Part shown: in pieces, positions 60,800-64,000 of the stretch | How the letters are laid out: each line of letters begins with the position of its first letter | Numbering within the stretch: position 1 is the first letter of the stretch | Notes under the pieces: model-generated | The model's database searches: none | What the model was told of the DNA's origin: nothing | The model's input: the letters and a program-made list of their open reading frames with translations, nothing else | From: Eukaryota sp. GEM-RC1 | Lineage: Eukaryota | Length of the DNA: 64,000 bases | Assembly (NCBI GenBank): GCA_040285855.1 | Contig: JAUFOQ010000004.1 | Location: forward strand, 2,480,001-2,544,000 | Reading direction: 5' to 3' | Program-made: the position numbers and the translations under genes

Positions 60800-62030
60800 T
60801 AACCAGCCAGAACTGGTTCTAAAAGGGAAATCACCGTGTTCCATAAGATTTACACATGCAATATAATTGATCTGAATATGAACATTGCTTCTAAAAGAAT
60901 TAAAACGGTTACAATTCAATAAATGTGTAGGTGTTACAGATTGCCCACATTGGCATTTCAAATTATGTGGAAGGTTATCAGGCCAAATAAATGACCGTAA
61001 ACGCATGCCTTTTTTGCAAATTTATGGAACAAAAACACTAAAATAAACACAAATACTAGAACTCAATATCATTAAAGCAACAATCATTGCCATTAAAACT
61101 CACATCAGCTTTGTCTTCATAAAGAACACTGAGAGCTAATAGTGCTTTTGAAATCATGATAGATTCGCCTGTTTAATGGCCAAGAGTTATTATCAAGAAA
61201 AGTACTTGGTAGAGATGCTCTCTGTTTTCTCTCTGATTTTGAGAAAGTTGTCAAAAAAAGAATGAACAAGAAATTTGATTTCAAGTATTGCTTGAATCGT
61301 ATTGTTTTTACTATATTTATTAAACAATCCCTATCATGATTTCAAAAGCTCTATTAGCTCTCAGTGTTTTTTATGAAGAAAAAGCTGTTGTGTTGCTTTA
61401 ATGATATAGAGTTCTAGAGTTTGTGTTTATCTTAGTGTTTTTGTTCCATAGAAAGAGTACACACCTTGACTCAAAGGACCGTAAATAACAACAACACTAC
61501 AGAGTACATTCATCTAATTAATAATCAATGTTTGAAAAAATGTTCATCTTCTGAATCTCTGACAGTTATTGATGTTGTTTCAGTGGATGTGTGCAAAAAA
61601 GTTGTTCCAAGTTTGTTACAAAGGAAATCTCACCTTTAGACATCGCTGAAAATAACAATCAAAGAAAATATGCTGATCCTTTGAAAGACCTGAAACACAT
61701 TGCACATGTTGAGTATTCACTTGTCCCATTTGCGATTTCCATGTATGGTAGATTAGGCAAATTGGCCTTGAAGTTCCTTGATGAATTTGCAAAGGTTGTA
61801 GCTCGTAGAACTAGCAAAATATTTGATCGTTCTTTTTGGCAGAACCGAATTGTCTTTACAATTCTAAAGGCAGTTCCCACAATGATTTCAAAAGCTTTGT
61901 TATCCCTAAGTGTGTTTTATGAAGACAAAGCTTCAACAAGGTTCGATTCGAAGGAATCTTGTTTTGATGACATTGAGTATTAGATCATCTTTTTATTTTC
62001 GAATAAATGTACTTTTTTCAAAAAAAAATA
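60800..62030. mobile_element. Cluster of CRE-like fragments: A (-, 60800-61006), D (-, 61021-61160), D (+, 61200-61450), F (+, 61555-62030)
   Basis: Matches to the same families elsewhere; ORF 61591..61983 is an RLE end. Confidence 0.8.
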
Positions 62031-62643
62031 ATTGAAAAATTATTTATTTCACTGATTGATTATAAGCCCCGTTGTTTCATTCATTATCCTCAAAGTCCAA
62101 TTATATGTCTGTTTGACTATAAATTATGAACAAGCTAATGGATTTGTTGAGCATAGTCATTCCAATAATACTAAACGGTTCTTTATCTGAAGTCAAATCT
62201 TAAGACGAACGAACACGAAGACGTGAAGTACGTCCTGTGCAACCATATTTCCACATTGAATCATTCGTTTCTGTTTCCGCTTTGTCATTTCTTCATTGTT
62301 TTGATTGATATGATGACGTGCTGGAACTTCAAATTTGGTGTTGTCCATTTGATCATTGGTAAAATTAACTTCATGTTAATAGGTCCTTTTACGGTCAAGG
62401 AGTTGACTAACTCATGAGATCTTCTTAACATAATGTTTAAGGACAGAAAGCAGGAAAACAAGCTCAGCGAATACTATGTTCCGTTGACGTCGCATTCCCA
62501 TACATATCTTCTTTCAACAATTGTCGGCCGCAGTCACCCCAGAGTACTATGTGATGGATCGCCTGTACATATACTGATTCTTCTCCGCATTTTTCCTTCT
62601 CCTGCTTTGCTGTCTTAGTAAATTAGTAGTATGGACGTTGATG

Positions 62644-62772
62644 TAGAGCTGTCAACGACTTGAGTCATATCACTTGACTTGGACAATTTCAAGACTTATG
62701 GGATTTTGGCTTTATTTGAGTAAGTCAAGTCAAATTTGGATATGACTTGACTCGAGTTGTTCGTCACCTCTA
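62644..62772. mobile_element. 129-bp hAT-like MITE
   Basis: TAGAGCTGTCAACGACTTGAGTCA ... TGACTCGAGTTGTTCGTCACCTCTA imperfect TIR; GACTT/AAGTC repeats; no TSD. Confidence 0.55.
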
Positions 62773-63002
62773 CCGATGGTGTCTATGAGAAGATCTTAAA
62801 TTAGATGACCCGACATAAATAATTGTTCATGAACCTAGTTTATAGTTTTGTTGTTTCCCATATCGTTTCCACATGCATTAGTATGACAGCTACGATGTTC
62901 TAACACATAGTATTGGATGAATGTTTCAGATCATTTGATTGTACATGGTTAAGTTTTGTTTCAAAATTTTGTCCTTCATCCTCACACTTTTAGTTCTTCC
63001 TT

Positions 63003-63674
63003 ATGACTTCTACTCTGCATGAAATTGACCACGAACTTCTCTCAGAAGCCGATACCGATTCTGAAATAGACTTTGAAATCACAGAAGAAATGGCTGCTAA
63101 AGCTAGAATGAGACACCCAGAACCTGAAATCTCAACGGATAAGTTGGAAATTGCGCTCTCAAAACTATCCAAGATATCCGAGTTAACTTGGGTTGATACT
63201 CTCTCTATTACAGCTCCAGACTCCGTCTCTACCATTATTGATGCAGATTTCAACGATGATTTGAAGCGAGAAGTCGCCTTCTACAATCAGGCTCTTGTCT
63301 CTGCTCGTTTGGCTAAAGAACTTTGTACAGAACACAACTGTCATTGGCAACGACCTGCTGACTATTATGCTGAGATGATCAAGAGTGATACTCATATGGA
63401 GAAGATCCGTAGCAAAATGGTTCATGAGAAGAAGCGTATTGAAGGTGCTCAGAGGAGGAGAAAGGAACGAGAACAACGTAAATTTGGAAAACAGCTACAA
63501 GCTCAGCAAGGACAACAGAAAGCCAAAGAAAGAAGAGAAGCAATGACTAATGTTTCGGAATTCACTGATGCACCAGACGCTGGAGAGAAAAGAAGGAGCG
63601 ATAAGCGGAAGCCATCAAACAGACCTGGAAAGCGATCACGCCAATCTCTACGACTGAAGGGCAAAAATATTTAA
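63003..63674 (+). CDS. EBP2: rRNA-processing protein EBP2
   Basis: DDLKREVAFYNQAL; RPADYYAEMIKSD.HMEKIR; RKFGKQ.Q; RPGKRSRQ. Confidence 0.95.
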   Translation: MTSTLHEIDHELLSEADTDSEIDFEITEEMAAKARMRHPEPEISTDKLEIALSKLSKISELTWVDTLSITAPDSVSTIIDADFNDDLKREVAFYNQALVSARLAKELCTEHNCHWQRPADYYAEMIKSDTHMEKIRSKMVHEKKRIEGAQRRRKEREQRKFGKQLQAQQGQQKAKERREAMTNVSEFTDAPDAGEKRRSDKRKPSNRPGKRSRQSLRLKGKNI

Positions 63675-64000
63675 AATATTTAGTAGTTTTAGTTTTTTAT
63701 CATTTATGCTATGACATAGCGATCTTTCACTTGACTTCTTTAATGTCAATTAAATCCAGAATTTAACAAATATATGTTCATTCATTATCAAAATTTGGTA
63801 CAAACCACACAGTATTGTAACAATTGTAGTAAATCACACACACAATAGTATGAGTCTGCTGGAATCTTCTAGTTGAACAGTACATTGTTGTGCGAACCAT
63901 AGTTGAGAAAACTCTTAAGTCTTCATTCATTTGCATTTTAATCCCAATGATCTTCAACAACCCAAGTCCCGTTGATACAGCCTTACAAGGAATTAACTCC

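Noticed and set aside
1..64000. tRNA or rRNA genes; prokaryotic origin of the contig
   Set aside because: No cloverleaf or rRNA signature seen by eye; spliceosomal introns and eukaryote-specific genes flank the bacterial-type genes.

Overview
AT-rich, gene-dense eukaryotic nuclear DNA with the standard genetic code. It probably comes from an anaerobic flagellated protist (inference from axonemal genes, bacterial-type anaerobe genes and 28-33 nt introns). Host genes recognised by motif: ZMYND12, WDR81-like BEACH/WD40, a DENN protein, RNase Z, SPF30, LRRC49, HEI10, a DUF4097-like protein, a YeeE/YedE-like protein, an SDR, a double hemerythrin, VPS18, XdhC, CASC1/DNAI7, BUD31 and EBP2. Many are broken by single-base losses in homopolymers that look like unpolished long-read errors. 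Between the genes lie nested, truncated copies of at least 7 families of CRE-clade-like non-LTR retrotransposons (RT plus restriction-like endonuclease; my labels A-H), several hAT-type MITEs and an IS630/Tc1 fragment. The main finding is a Fanzor (eukaryotic TnpB-family RNA-guided nuclease) at about 48.5-50.8 kb. It has no adjacent transposase and its RuvC-III Asp reads as Asn. Fourteen nt after its stop lies a 55-nt two-hairpin element, which has a second stand-alone copy 10.4 kb away (46/55 identical, stems conserved). Both copies end on a start codon (ATGTC). Also notable are seven tiny introns with a fixed-position branch A and a strong excess of ATGACGT/CACGTG motifs. All family assignments come from motif recognition, not database searches.
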